A program made the position numbers and the translations under genes. A DNA stretch of 64,000 nt. Origin: the human T2T-CHM13v2.0 reference genome, Homo sapiens. The stretch is taken from NCBI RefSeq assembly GCF_009914755.1, contig NC_060939.1; one strand, 5' to 3'. Each line of letters opens with the position of its first letter. Within the stretch, counting starts at the first letter, position 1. This document shows, one piece after another, positions 51,541-64,000 of the stretch. The notes beneath the pieces are model-generated. The model saw only the letters and a list, made by a program, of their open reading frames with translations. It had not been told where the DNA came from and did no database searches.

Positions 51541-53939
51541 GGTCCAAAGCGTCCGTGTCACAGAGGAGGAAAGTGAGGCCCAGAGGGAAGACCTGGTGAC
51601 ACATCAAGATAGGGCCCAGGACCACTGGTCTGGATTCAGGAATCTTTGCACCCACAAACCAATGTTCCCACGTATTCATTCAGCCCTGGGTTGTGAAAGG
51701 TGCGGAGGGGAGGGGAGAATGGCCACTGTGGAACCAGCGTCTGAAGGAAATTCTGGCCTTCCCTCCTGTCCTCAACCCAAGTCCTCCCTCTCAGATACTG
51801 CTCCATGAGTCACACAGTGAGAAGGTGATTCTGTGTAGGCAACCACAGCTGTTTCTCTGCCTCAGTTCACAGTTCTAAGCACCTACTTCATGCAGAAACT
51901 CTTGCTAAATGCTTTGCTAGCATTATCTCGTCTAGAAGATCTGCTGTTTCCAGCCAGAACTGCTCCACTTTCACCAAGAGAAAAACACGAGCTGGCTTCA
52001 CCCGACTTAGTAGTCTTGCCCTGCTTAACACAATCCAAAAGGTCTCTCTTGGACGTTGTGACAGCCAAGAGGAGCCGCAGTTCCTGCTCAAGGCAGGCAG
52101 CATCCGGTCTGACTCTGAGCCCCACCATCTGCCTGGGCAGAGCTCAGGAAGGCACAGAGCCGGCCATCAGGACCCCTGAGTTCCAGTCCCAGCTGTGTCA
52201 CTGGGCAGCTATAGGGTCTTGGGTAGGTCATTTCCTTCCCTGGGCCTAAGTTTCACCATTCCATAAATGGGAACATTGAACTCAATCAGGGATATTGAAA
52301 TGTGTTTTGTGGGACAACACTTTCTTCGCATAAAACCGCAAGCGGAACACACAGACCCCCATGGGAGTGGTAGAGGAGCAGCCAGGGTTCCAGAGTTGGG
52401 CACTTGGCCCCTCCCAGCCACTTGCTCTCTGAAGACACTCCCTAGAACTCTCCAAAGCCTCCTGGTTTGGTCTATAAAGTCTCCTTTGATTCCGTCATGT
52501 CCTCCTGGTGTATGACCGGAGACAGGGGTTCGGAGGAGGGCAGTAGGGAACATAGGGGTTCTGGTAAGGTAAGGGACAACTTAGGGAAAAAAAAAAAGAA
52601 TATCTGCCGTAGGGTAGGGTCCAGAGTTCCTTTTTTCCGATACAATCAGGAGAAGAAATTCCATACTCATTTGGTGTGACTCTAATGGCTGCAGAGGCAA
52701 GACGGGAAGGAGGTGACAAGGCCCCCAGTGCACCCAGGTAAGGGGAGGGGGCCCCTGGGAGGAGGTGGGGCCTGCCAGCATCCTCGGTTCACACCTGGAA
52801 GAGGTCACCGATCTGTAATACGTAGGCCGGGGCTCCCATCGTGGATCCCCAGGAATACTCTGGTCTGTTTCCTATTCTGTGAGAGGGGCATACCGGGGCT
52901 GCTGGAAGGCTATGGGAAACATGCAGAGGCTCAGAGCAGGGCCTAGCCTGTCTCCAGCAGTTATGACTTCTCAGCTGTGGTTTTCCGTGTTGTTATTTTG
53001 CTCGCTTGTGGTTTGTAGGCTCCTTTGATTGGGTGGGGGCAGGGCAGAGTCATCTAATTCTTAGAGCTGGTGGAAACCTCATTTTAGAGATAAAGAAAGA
53101 AAGTGAGGCTCAGAGAAAGAAAGGTCCTTGCCCAAGTTCACAAGCTGGGGCTCAAGAACCCCAAGTCAGAACCAAGCTGGGCTCGGGCCCCAAACTCCAG
53201 ACTCCACGAGACCCTCCCCACAGGCCAAGCACAGGCCTCCCCATGGCCACCGGCTTCCTCCCTGCTGCTCAGCCCACTGCCTGCCTGCGTGGACGCGTCC
53301 TCCCATACACCCTCCACCCACCCGGCCAGTGGTGAAATCACTAACCCCTAGGGCAGCCTTGGGTTCCCGGGTCCTGATTCAGCCTCCCACTGAGAGCACA
53401 ACCCCCTGGCCTCACTGTGCCAGGGCCTGTAATTGCTCTAACTGCCCCCTGGGGAAGTGGGGCAGCCTGGTCTTTGTCCACATGAGTCAGGTTTCCAGAG
53501 CAGAAACCTCAGGCAGAGCCACATCGCACAGCCCAAGCCCTGCCACCACTCCCCACAAACCACTTCCTGCCCCTTTCCTGGCACCACCGGCCTGAGGCTC
53601 GTGGCAGCTGCACGGCCCTAGTCTCTGCTGCTCCACTGGCCCCAGCCCACCCCTAGCCCACTACCACCCCACCCACCCACAGGCGGGGCAGGGCAGGACT
53701 CTGTCTGTCCAGGTGGGCGGGCCACAGGCTGGGTCACCCAGGCAGTGGAAACCCCCAGCAGGAAAAGCAGGCCTGGCTGTTCATCAGTCCTGTCACTGTC
53801 TGTAATTTGGTTGTCCGCAGGTCCTCCACGTCTGTCCACAGCAGAGAAAGGAATGAAGATGCTGGGCTGGCAGCTCCCACCCATTCACCCAGGGCTGGGG
53901 CCCAGCTGTGCCAGTCTTTCCAAAGGAAGCTTCAAGGAG

Positions 53940-54380
53940 AATGGAAAGAGCACTGGATATAGAGTTAGATAGATCTGGGTTTCAACTCCACCTACCTCAT
54001 TGCCTTACTGTGATCCTGATCAAGTGATTTCAGTTTCTTCATCTGTAAAATGGGGAGCATAACATCACCCCTTCCAGATGTGTTGGGAGGAGTAACTGAG
54101 CTAATACACAAGCCTACACAGTATCTGGCACATAGTAGATGCTCAATAAATATGAGTGTCCTTCTTCTGCAGCACGATGACAGGGGTTCTGGTGAAGCAA
54201 GGACAGGCAGCAAAGTGTTGGGAAGAGCCCTGCATTGGGAGTCAAGAGGCTTTGGATCCAATCCTGGCACTGCCTCCAACTTGCTGTGTGGTGTTAGGCC
54301 AGTTGGAGCACCTCTCTCATCTTTAGTTTTCAAGCATAAGTCTGGGATATGGGAGCAGATGGTTTCCAAGGTCTCCCTCA
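53940..54380 (+). mobile_element. MIR plus MIR3-like fragments
   Basis: 'cagtttcttcatctgtaaaatgggga...tggcacatagtagatgctcaataaat'; 'tgggagtcaagaggctttggatccaatcctggc'. Confidence 0.75.
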
Positions 54381-55699
54381 GCGGTGACACTCTAGGACAG
54401 GGGCTTGGTGCTGATAGGATAGTGACACTGCTCAGGGTGATGGGAACGGTGAGAGGGATGTGGTCGTGACCATTACTAGGTGCACGGTGCAGCTCATCGG
54501 CAACAGTGAAGACAGCAAAGCCAGTGGTGGCCCGGGCTGGGGCCCAAGCTCGCTCAGGCAGGGCCCAGGAGGTATCTCCAAGGACACTATGCTGAACAGT
54601 GAGAGTGGCCTGCGCTCAGGACAGGTGGGCACCCTCCACCAGCCAGCCTAGCCTCACCCACCATGCTCAGGAATCAGGCCCTTGTTCCCACCCAACAGGT
54701 GAGCACCAAGAGTCCCACGAAAGACTGAGGACCTCCTCTACCTTCAGGGAGTTTCTGCTGATGGAAGACAGACTTCACAATGCATGCTCATTAATTATTA
54801 ACCATCATAACCACACATCAGAACATTGATTTACTGCTTGAGGTCGTGCCCTGTGTTAAGCCCTTAATGAGCATTATCTCATTTAATCCTCCTGACAACC
54901 CGGGATGAGGTCATCACTATCATTATTTCTATTCCGCAGCGGGAGGAAAATGAAATGCAGAGAGGTTATGCTCCCTGGCTCCACTGTAAGCAGCAGAATA
55001 AGGATTCCACAGAGGCTCAGGGGGAGCCTTGGGGCCTCCAGAGGAAAGGATCTTTCTGCTGGGAGATTGGGAAGGTGTCCCAGAGGTGGGGACATGCGAG
55101 TCAGGTGATGACAATCCTGGTTCTCATTTATCAAGCACTTGCTAATGTCACGCACTTCTAAGTCTTTAGGGGAGATTCTCATTTAGTCCTTACTTCCACC
55201 CCTGTGGCAGGTACTATTATTATTCCTGTTTTACTGAGGCACAGAGAGGTCAAGCCCTACCCTGTGCAGGGGAAAAGGAGGCCAAGCAGAGCGAATGGCT
55301 TGGAAGGTACCATGCTCAGGAAATGACAGGCGGTTGGTGTGGCTGGAGGCTTAGGTGCTGGCAATAGAGGTTAGAAAGGCAGGCAGGTGGGGCCAGGTCA
55401 TGATTCCCCCACCTTCCCCCACAACACCCCCTGGGAGGAAGGGACCCAGGTCCTAGCCTCGCTCAAGAAATTGGCATTCAAACTTAGGGGCCTCCCCTTC
55501 CCGCCCAGTTCCCAAGGAGGCAGCCTGTTAGTCACCCTGTGACTGATACATTCAGACTCAGAGTAAGCAAACAGATCATAGGGGCCCCTAATCCCCTCAC
55601 ACCCAGAAAGCTGGGGAGAGGCTAGAGAGACAGGCCTGGAATCCATGGCCTCCGGGGGAGATAAGGAAACCTCATTCCACCCTCCTTCCCCAAACCAGT

Positions 55700-55935
55700 A
55701 GAGCAAAATGCCAGCGTGATTCATTTTTTGAAGACAGAATAAACAAGTCCAGAGAAGAGATTAAGTCTTTGTTTCACCCGACTCAAGACAGTTGGAAAAG
55801 CAGAATTAGAAATGCTGCAACCCAGGGTTGGCAAACAGAAAATTAGTGGCAGATTAATTTCATTGTCTCACTGGGGAACAGAATCCTGTATGTTAAGTAT
55901 AGGTTTCAAGGGAGATTAATTTCCCATCTCACCAG
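55700..55935. promoter_or_regulatory. AT-rich repeat-free island, candidate enhancer
   Basis: AGATTAATTT twice (about 55851 and 55913), aataaaca (FOX), ctttgt and cattgt (SOX). Confidence 0.4.
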
Positions 55936-57249
55936 GTTGGAGGGAGTCGCCTGCAGGGAGTTCACTGGAGTTCTCTGCCTCTGGAGAGCAGGGAGACCAG
56001 TTTCAATGGGGGAGAAGCAAGAATCCCCAGGGTATCACGACGGGGCTGAATGGGTTGCTGGGTCCAGGCCTCTCCTGTCAGCCCTGATAGCTGGAAGGGA
56101 AGCTCTGAGCTTTCAGCAACCCAGTGTACTACATCACAGCCCCTCTACATAGCTTTGCCTTCACGCGAAGGTATGCTCAGACCCATTCCTTCCTACTCAC
56201 AAGCCCTTCTGTGCTCATTCTGCCCTTCCTTGGAACAGTCTTTATCTAGTGTTTACTAAGTGCCAATGCTTCCCTTAGAATCATTCGGTTAACTCTTGCA
56301 ACAAAACCAAGAGGAATAACCATTATTATTTCCACTTTACAGATGAGAAAACTGGCACACAGAAAAAGATAAGTAGTAGAGCTGGTAAGTGGCAGAGCCA
56401 GGATTTGAGCCCAGGCCATCTGGAAACCAAATCTGTGCTCTTCACTTCAAGTTTATGCCGCTCCAAATACAGGGTTTGCTTAAAATGGAGCATGCTTGTA
56501 CTACGTGGTGTTTCTCTGGGCTATTGTAGTGGCCCGTCTTGGAATGGTCCCCACCCTGCCCATAGGCTCTGCCCAAACTGGAAGCTTCTCGGGGAGAGAT
56601 TGGAAAGTGGTCATTGGACCTAATGTGGTGGCCCCAGCTGCAGCTTCTACAGGTGGAGAGTAAACCAGGCTGGGCCACGCCAAACCTGCTCCTGTAGGGG
56701 GATCTGCCCACCCAAGCAGTCCAGTGCTGGCCAGGAATGGGTGTGCCACTGCCCTTGCTGTGGGGAAGGCAGGGTGGAACAGCCCAGGCTCAGCCAAACC
56801 TCAAATGGCAGGCTGCTCCGGCTGCCTCCCAGACCATGGGTAGGACAGATCCAGAGAAGGCCAGCATAAGAAAAACAAAAAACTATGTCTTGTCAGCCAA
56901 CTGAAGCCAGACCACAGTGTGGCAAAGACAGGAAGGGTTTGATAGGACTCCCAGCTGGGTGCAAGGATGTATGTCTGGTTTCAAGAAGGACCAACGTCTA
57001 GTTCTCACCCAGAGGGGGCAAACAGCCTTCAACTTACATGTCAATGCCAATCAGTTGGTAGTGGCTGCTGAGAATGATGCTAAAGTCACATCCTGGCTCA
57101 GCAAGGACACATTCTATCATTGATTAGCAATGTCTCCTTGGTTGCAGCATCAAGGTGATGGCACGACTGCAGCTTATTAGCCACCCGTTAGCTCCATAGT
57201 ATGACACTTCAGACCCTCCCCAACAGCGCCACAGCTTCATCTCCCCCTC

Positions 57250-57920
57250 CTCTCCATCCCTCTCACCTCTAGCCCTTTAAGCTCCAGCCGCATCTAGCTG
57301 TTTATTGTTTTCTGGTAATAGTCTCAAAGGCAATGTGGACATGCTTTGGAGAGGCCTTTGTTCCTGCTGCCTTCAAAGCCCTTCCACCCTTACCTGCCTG
57401 GTGAACTCATTTCATCCTTCAAAACGCTGTCCTGGCATCACAGCCCTCAACCCCTACCTTGACAGAGCTCATCACTTTCTCTTCTGTACATTACAATCAA
57501 CAGAGTCAACATTGCTGAGTGGTTCCCAGGCCCGGCCTAGCACCAAGTTCATTACATGCATCATCCTTATAACCCTGTATTACCTTCTCAGTTGATGCCC
57601 ATTTTACAGAGAAGGATGTGACACTAAATGGTGTTGAGAACTTGCTCCAGGTCCCCTAGCTGGGCCATGATGGGACAAAGATCTGAACCTGGCTTGTCTA
57701 ATTCCAGAGCCCAGATTTTAATCATTGTGCTGTGACGTGGCAGCTGTCTTCTCTCACTCTATTGGCCCGAGCTGTAATTTATTATGTACATATCTATCTT
57801 CCTTTATACATAGTTGTTTCCTAGATGGCAAGGGCCTTTACTTTATCCCATAGCCTCCGCAGCTAGCCCAGAGCCCTGCATACAGTAGGCACTCAATAAA
57901 TGCTGGCCGAACTGGATTTG
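57250..57920 (+). mobile_element. L2 with a nested antisense MIR (about 57500-57735)
   Basis: L2 end 'gcatacagtaggcactcaataaatgctggccgaa'; MIR 'cccattttacagagaagga'. Confidence 0.7.
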
Positions 57921-60900
57921 ACTGAGTGCAGAGAGCTTTCTTGTCCTGTCCCCGGCCTCACAGGCCAACCCAGTCCTCCTCCCAGGAATCCCCTCAGCCC
58001 CACCTGTCTATTCTGGGTAGTGAAAGTTTACTGGTGCCTAATGGGGTGGAGTGTTTGTGGGTTATCTCAGGATGGGCGAAGGCAGGAACCTTTTCTGTGT
58101 GGGTAATTTATCTACCTAGAAAGATTACAAACTCACAGCAGAAGAAGGCAAAATATACATCTTCCCTTTTCTTTATTTTCTTCCTTGCTCTTGCTGCTTA
58201 TTTATTGAATGCTTCCATTGTATGAGGCACGGGCTGAGTCCTAGGGGAGCATGCCTCCCCGCTAAAGTAGCGTTACACCAAGTGCACTCTGTGGACAATC
58301 CACTGGTTTAAAACAGAGTCCTTGACTTGCCACCAACCCTCCAGATTCCAATTCTGCAGGGCCAGGCTGAAGCCCTGCCCTGCCTGGCTTTAACAAGCCA
58401 TTTCTGACGTGAAGCCATCAACAGCTGCTGAGCCATAGAAATCCCCAAGCTGGCATCTAAGCCATCAGCGACATGGCAGTTCGGTGATTCACTGAAGGTC
58501 TGACTGTACAGGGAAGGGGGCTTTGGGCATCCTGGCCCCCTTGCTGCCCACAGGGAACTAGGGCCTCCTATCTCCAACTGGCTCACTTGAAACGTCCCTT
58601 CCCCCAGGAAGTTCTCTGATTTCTCAGGCCAGGTTCCATGCACCCTTCCTTGTCCATTCATAGGCCCCACTGCAATGGCCTGGTCATTTGCCTCATGCCT
58701 GCGCTGGACGGTGAGATGCTGGAGGGCTCTGATTCACTAATGCACGGTGTCTGGCCCACGTTGCTTGTTTGTCCAAATAAATAAAACATTTTAACCTGCC
58801 CAATACAGCCTGGCTTGAAAACATATGAGCCACCCATCCATCTGGGTTCCAGAGGGCAGTCAGGGTGGGGGTGGAATCAGAGAAGAGGAGGGACTCAGTG
58901 GTGCTGGCACCAGCTCCCAAGGGGGAGTTGACAGGGAAGCCCGGCGGAGCTCCAGGCAGATCAGGTGAACACGCGCAGCGACATGCTCTGGTCTGAAATG
59001 CAGCCCCAAATTCTGCCCCAGAGAATCCTGAACAGCCAAGGCCAAAAGGGACCTCAGGGAAGCCAGCCCCTATGGTGGTCTTTTCCCCGTGAACTCCACG
59101 TGGTAGCTGCCTTTGTCTGCCTGGGGTTTGTTGAATTGTCACTTGGCTTTTCCACACTCGTTATGGAGAGAGAACACTAACTGGCAACTCCATTAGCAAG
59201 CACAACCAGGAAAGCCACATGCCCAGGACACCATGGAGCAGGGGAAATAATGCAGGCCTCAAAACCAAATAGATCTCGGTTCTCCTCCACAGTTGGGCTC
59301 CTAGCTGTGTGACTTCGGGTCATAATGTGCCCTTTCTGGGCCTCTATTTCCCCACTTGTAAGATGGAAATAATCTTTGACTCAAAGTTGGGGTGAAAAAT
59401 AGATGATAAAGCAATTCTAGAGGGCCTAGGAATTCTTCCCCACCCTGCTATGACTGTGTCCCACCTCTTGTTTGAGGACTTTCCCAACACTGATCATTCA
59501 TCTGCCTGAATGTCCTCTCCCAGTGGGGTCTTCCACTGGTTTTTGGTCCAGTCCTCCATGATGTGGGCAACCTGTTGTTGCAAAGCTCTGGTTAGGGCAG
59601 AGGTTATCTCTGCACACCCCTTAGATAATGCATCACTTCTTCCGAGGCTGAAACATGTCTTTCCTAAGTGGAGGAGAGCACAGGGCATGATCCCCCAAGA
59701 GGTCGTGAGCTCCATACACCTGCACTGGGCTCAGTGACACCTCTGCAACCTGGTCAAATTCTTAGTGATGTCTCTTCCTCAGACAGGCCTCAGAAGAAGG
59801 GTATCTTCCTTTCAGTATTTGTAGGGGAAGCTGAAGCCCCCGGAGACTTTGAGCCAGGGAGCACCCAGAATTATTAGCACCCTGGGGTGTGGAGGCCCCT
59901 TCCATCACTGACATGCACACATCTGATAAAGTGGTGTGGGCTCTTCCTGGGCACAGCAGAGGCCTCATGGTGGCCAAGGAAGACCCTGAACCACTCCCAA
60001 CAATGGCAGACAGGCCCCTTCCCTTCCACAGAGCTGCAGTGGGCACAGATGATCATTACAGCAAATCGAGAGGCTGAGAATTAAGGGGAGTGTCCTCTGG
60101 ATGGAAAACATAAAGAGGGGATAATGACGTGTGTGTCACGAGAGCCTCCTGCATGCCAGGCCCTGGGCTAAGGCTGTTTGCAGACATTATTTTCTGGCTG
60201 ACCCTCACGCCGATCCTTACAGGGAGGAGCTGCCACTTGCTCCATTTTGCAAATGAGGACACTGAGCTGCACAGAATGTAAGTTACATGGCCCACCACAA
60301 GTTAGCGAACACTCACGATCCAAAGCCCCCAGGCCTGATTCCAGAGCCCTAATGCTTTCATCCCCCAAAGTGCAAATTCAAGGAGCTGGTTCTTGTGGGC
60401 TGGAATCTCGTTTTTCAGCTCCTCCCTAAACAAGCTCCATTCCACCCACCCTCAAATAGGTTCCCATCCACATCCAAGGGAGGAAATTGACATCCCCAAG
60501 CCAGGTGGCCAGGAGCCAGCATGTTCCAAACCTGGCCCTGTCACCCAGAAGCCATCAGCGCCTGCTGCTCCTGCAGGAGCCACACAGCACTGTGCTCACA
60601 GACCAAGCCTTAGTGCCACCGGGACCCAGGCCTGTGTCCCGGCTCCAACAGCCCCCAGCTCTGTAACTGAAGGAAAACAACTTCAACTCTCTGAATGTCA
60701 GCTTCCCACCTGTGATATTTGGACAAGAATCTTTATTTTAGACTCATATAAACTAAATAAGATAAAGAATACATGAAGAGTCTGGCATGTAGCTCATGCT
60801 CGGCTAATGCTAGTTCCTCACGTGAGTTCCCTGTAAGGCAACACCCCCCCAGACAAAGCACATCATTCCATCAGCTGCTTCTGATTTTTTCTGGTACCCC

Positions 60901-61467
60901 TCTCCCTCACCAAGAAAGGAGATAACTAAATATTTCTGGGTAGGAGGCAGGAAATAACTAGGTAGGCCCCAGCTGCCTTCGCACATTACTTTAAATTTTT
61001 ATGAAATGAGGAAATTCTCTCTCTCACCTCCAAGTTCCTGGGCTTGATGAATCCAGCCCCGGAGGAAAACATTCGCTGCTACTCTCTGGTGGGTGTGTGG
61101 GTGGAAAAAGCAGATATTCCCTGGTCCCACCACCCCCAGGCCCACCGAAGCAAAAGATGAGTCCTTTGTCTTCACTGATGCCAGGCAGGGAGGTGGGCAT
61201 ATCTTGAATTATCCTACAGTAGAGCTCACACCGAAATGCACTTCTAGGCTTTAGGAATATCCAGGATATTAAAAGCCAAATGTACAGAGGAATTCTATCA
61301 GGAAATGGGCAGACGCCATCCCCATTTCAAGGGAAAGGACATGGACATGCGTATAAAGACTTGGAGAGTCCCCAGACGTCAGAGGCACCAGCAGCCTCCT
61401 CTGACTGGCCCTGCAACCATTCCTCAGGCCAAATGTCTTGACAATGTGCATCAGAAAGCCTGAATCT

Positions 61468-61630
61468 GCCCGGGCACAGTGGCTTACCCCCTGTAATCCC
61501 AGCACTGTGGGAGGCTGAGGTGGGAGGCTCTTGAGCCTAGGAGTTCGAGACCAGCCTGGGCAACACAGCCAGACACTGTCTCTATTGAAAGTTAAAAAAA
61601 AAAAAAGAAAAAAGAAAAAAGAAAAAAAAA
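61468..61630 (+). mobile_element. FLAM_C / Alu left monomer
   Basis: Monomer plus long A tail; TSD cctgaatct 61459-61467 / 61632-61640. Confidence 0.9.
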
Positions 61631-62019
61631 CCCTGAATCTGCCCATGTAGATGTGGCTTCCACGATCAGACAAACAGCCCTTTATAAAAACTTGTAAGAA
61701 ACAGTTCCTTGTGGGGGTGGTGGAGTGGGTAGGAGGGTTCCAGGGCATGGGGGCAGCAGGCGAATAGAGGCACCCATCGTCTCCCACTGAGAGGATGCCC
61801 AGGCACCCACATGCCTGCCCTCTATGCCTAGAACCCACCCCCTCACCCGGACTGGCTAGTCAGAGTGGTCGCGCTCCCACAGACTCCTCAGGCCTGGTGG
61901 TATATAGTGTCTAAGGGTGGTAGGGTGGGGATTGGGCAGAGGGAGGAGAAGGAGCCTCATCACTTGTTGGTGCTTCAAGAGCATGAGGCTCCCACACATA
62001 AATAGCCCAGAGTCACCCA

Positions 62020-62220
62020 AACCTGGCTCTGGAGCCAGACTGGTTTCAGATCCCAGCTCTGCCACAGGCTGTGTGACCTCAAGCAAGTCACTTAACCTCT
62101 CTGAGCCTTAGCTTCCTCTTCAGAAAAATAGGGACAATAAAACTACCTGCCGTGTTGTCAACATGGATTAAATAATAATGAATGTGCCTGAGGTATTGTT
62201 TGAGATCATCTGGAATCTAT
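62020..62220 (+). mobile_element. MIR
   Basis: 'ggctctggagccagactgg...ctgtgtgacctcaagcaagtcacttaacctctctgagcct'. Confidence 0.88.
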
Positions 62221-64000
62221 TATTACGGTAACGCTTCTGATCAAGGGGAAGGGGATGGGCTGCCCCTCTACTTCCTCCCCCAGTGCCCACAGTTGCTACC
62301 CTCCAGGGGCTTCTTCCCCTTTCGTGGCTGCCCTGTCTTCAGTGTCCATTTTACCTCAATGCATCTTGGGTCATCAATTGGCCTCAATTCACCTGCAGAA
62401 AGCCCATGAAATGTCCCAGCATAAGCCTCCTGGCTGCAGGAAAGGTTCAGCTCTCTGTGCAGATACCAAGATGGGCTTGTATGAGAAGTGACAGTGAACA
62501 CCAGAAAGGACCTGGGTAGTCAGGGAAGAAGAGGCCCCATACCAGGAGTCAGGGCCCGTGGGCGCCAGCCCCAAGTCTGAGCCACTTCTCCGCTCTGGGT
62601 CCAGCTCTTCTTTGAATAAAACAAGAAGGTTGGACCAAAGCTGTAGATTTCAAATTGTGCTACTTGGTGACACCTCCATACCCACGGGCCCAGGAGGGCA
62701 AGGCTGAGATGGCACAACTCTCTCTCTGGTCTGTTTGATATGGTATTGGGGCCCCATGGGTGTTCTCACTTGAGACAAAATCAGCTCCTGCAAAACCACC
62801 ACTCCACCAACTGCCCTGGACATCTGCCTAGACCCTGGGCCAAGTCAGGAGGAGGTGGTCAGTTCAGTTGCTGAATGAATTATGGGAAGAGCGGGCCACT
62901 GATATGGGAAGAGCAAGTCCTGATGGAAGTGCATGGAGAAAGGAAAAAGAAGAAAACCCGGTAAGCAAGAAAGAGGGTGTCTAGAAAAGAAAAGGGATTG
63001 AAGTGGAGGGGGCTTCCAGGGTCCCCATGCACCAGCGCCCACACCAACCTCACGAGGGGCTGGCCAACCTGTACGCCAAAAGGGGCTGCTCTCTCTCTCC
63101 CAGCAGCTCCACCATCTTCTGCCCTGAATGTCTGATGGCCCCGCAGGAAGGACGGTGCTTCCCAGATCTGGAGCAGTGGAGGCCGAGCTGGTAATGAGAC
63201 CCCCTGGGTCCCCTCCTGCAGTAGCCATGCTGCATCTGGCAACCAGCTGGGCCCTCCCTCCCTGCTGCCACCCCCTCCATCCACGCCATGCTTGTTTGTT
63301 TCAACTGAAGCTCACAGTGTAAGAGCCACAGATCTCACTGACGGCTAATGGCCAGGGCTGGGCTGCCCGGCCAGGTTCCCATGGCGGGCTGGTCAGACCG
63401 CCATCCCACCTGTGCCCACACCAGTCCCTCCACCTACTGCCTCCTCCACTTAGCATTTTTTTCTGGGCAGAAGAACCTTCTAGAGAGGTCTCAATGCTCA
63501 ATAATGACAGGCACTGGCACCTGCCACTTCTAGCATCTGAGAGATAGGTAGGTCCATTTAACAGATGAGGAAAATAAGGTCCAGAGAACAACTTGTCCAG
63601 GTCCACACAGCTACTTGGGTAGAAGCAGCACTTGAACCCCGGTCTTCTGATTCCAAAGCGAGCACCCTTGCCAACAATAACAACCACTGCATATCAGCCA
63701 TACTCATGTCAGTCTTTCTGACATTCATTTACATATTTACATCACAAGGTGAAAAAGAAACTAGTCAAAAGTAATAGGCAAGAAAACTTGAGACACTGAT
63801 TCTCACAGTGTCACATGGAAGGAGAGAAGGGGCCTTCCATTTGTCACCACTTTCAGAGTGGGCCTTTACATCCTCAGTATTCAAATGTAGAAACTGAGGC
63901 CCAAGGAGGTTAAAGAACCGAAGTCGCCCCATGTTTCATGCAGCAAGACCATCACAGGCCAGAAAGTAAGCCATTTCCACTCCCCAAACCGCCCCCCAAG

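Overview
Primate (human-like) genomic DNA, judged from AluJ/AluS elements, FLAM/FRAM monomers and a MADE1 mariner. I can support no protein-coding exon, tRNA, rRNA or recognisable gene: the supplied ORFs come from low-complexity DNA, Alus or chance. The window looks intergenic or deep-intronic. It is rich in MIR/L2, has an AT-rich L1/Alu block at about 13.3-22.3 kb, and is punctuated by repeat-free islands dense in homeodomain/POU/SOX/PBX-HOX motifs, typical of a developmental-gene regulatory landscape (locus not identified). Notable features: (1) three locally templated insertion scars, namely a 65-bp inverted copy (14016-14080 into 15761-15825), a 15-bp capture from 20150 inside a MADE1, and a 77-bp fold-back hairpin insertion in a MIR at 27.4 kb, plus an abruptly 3'-truncated Alu at 21.2 kb; (2) a near-perfect CTCF site at 21.04 kb beside helically phased A4T4 tracts; (3) a CpG-rich candidate minus-strand TATA promoter/enhancer at 35.3-36.0 kb with a 16-bp double AP-1 palindrome; (4) a perfect CpG-rich 30-bp VNTR inside an old LTR33; (5) a 1.36-kb purine-rich expansion grown from an L2 tail. 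Repeat subfamily names come from recalled consensus sequences and boundaries are approximate unless a target-site duplication (TSD) is quoted.
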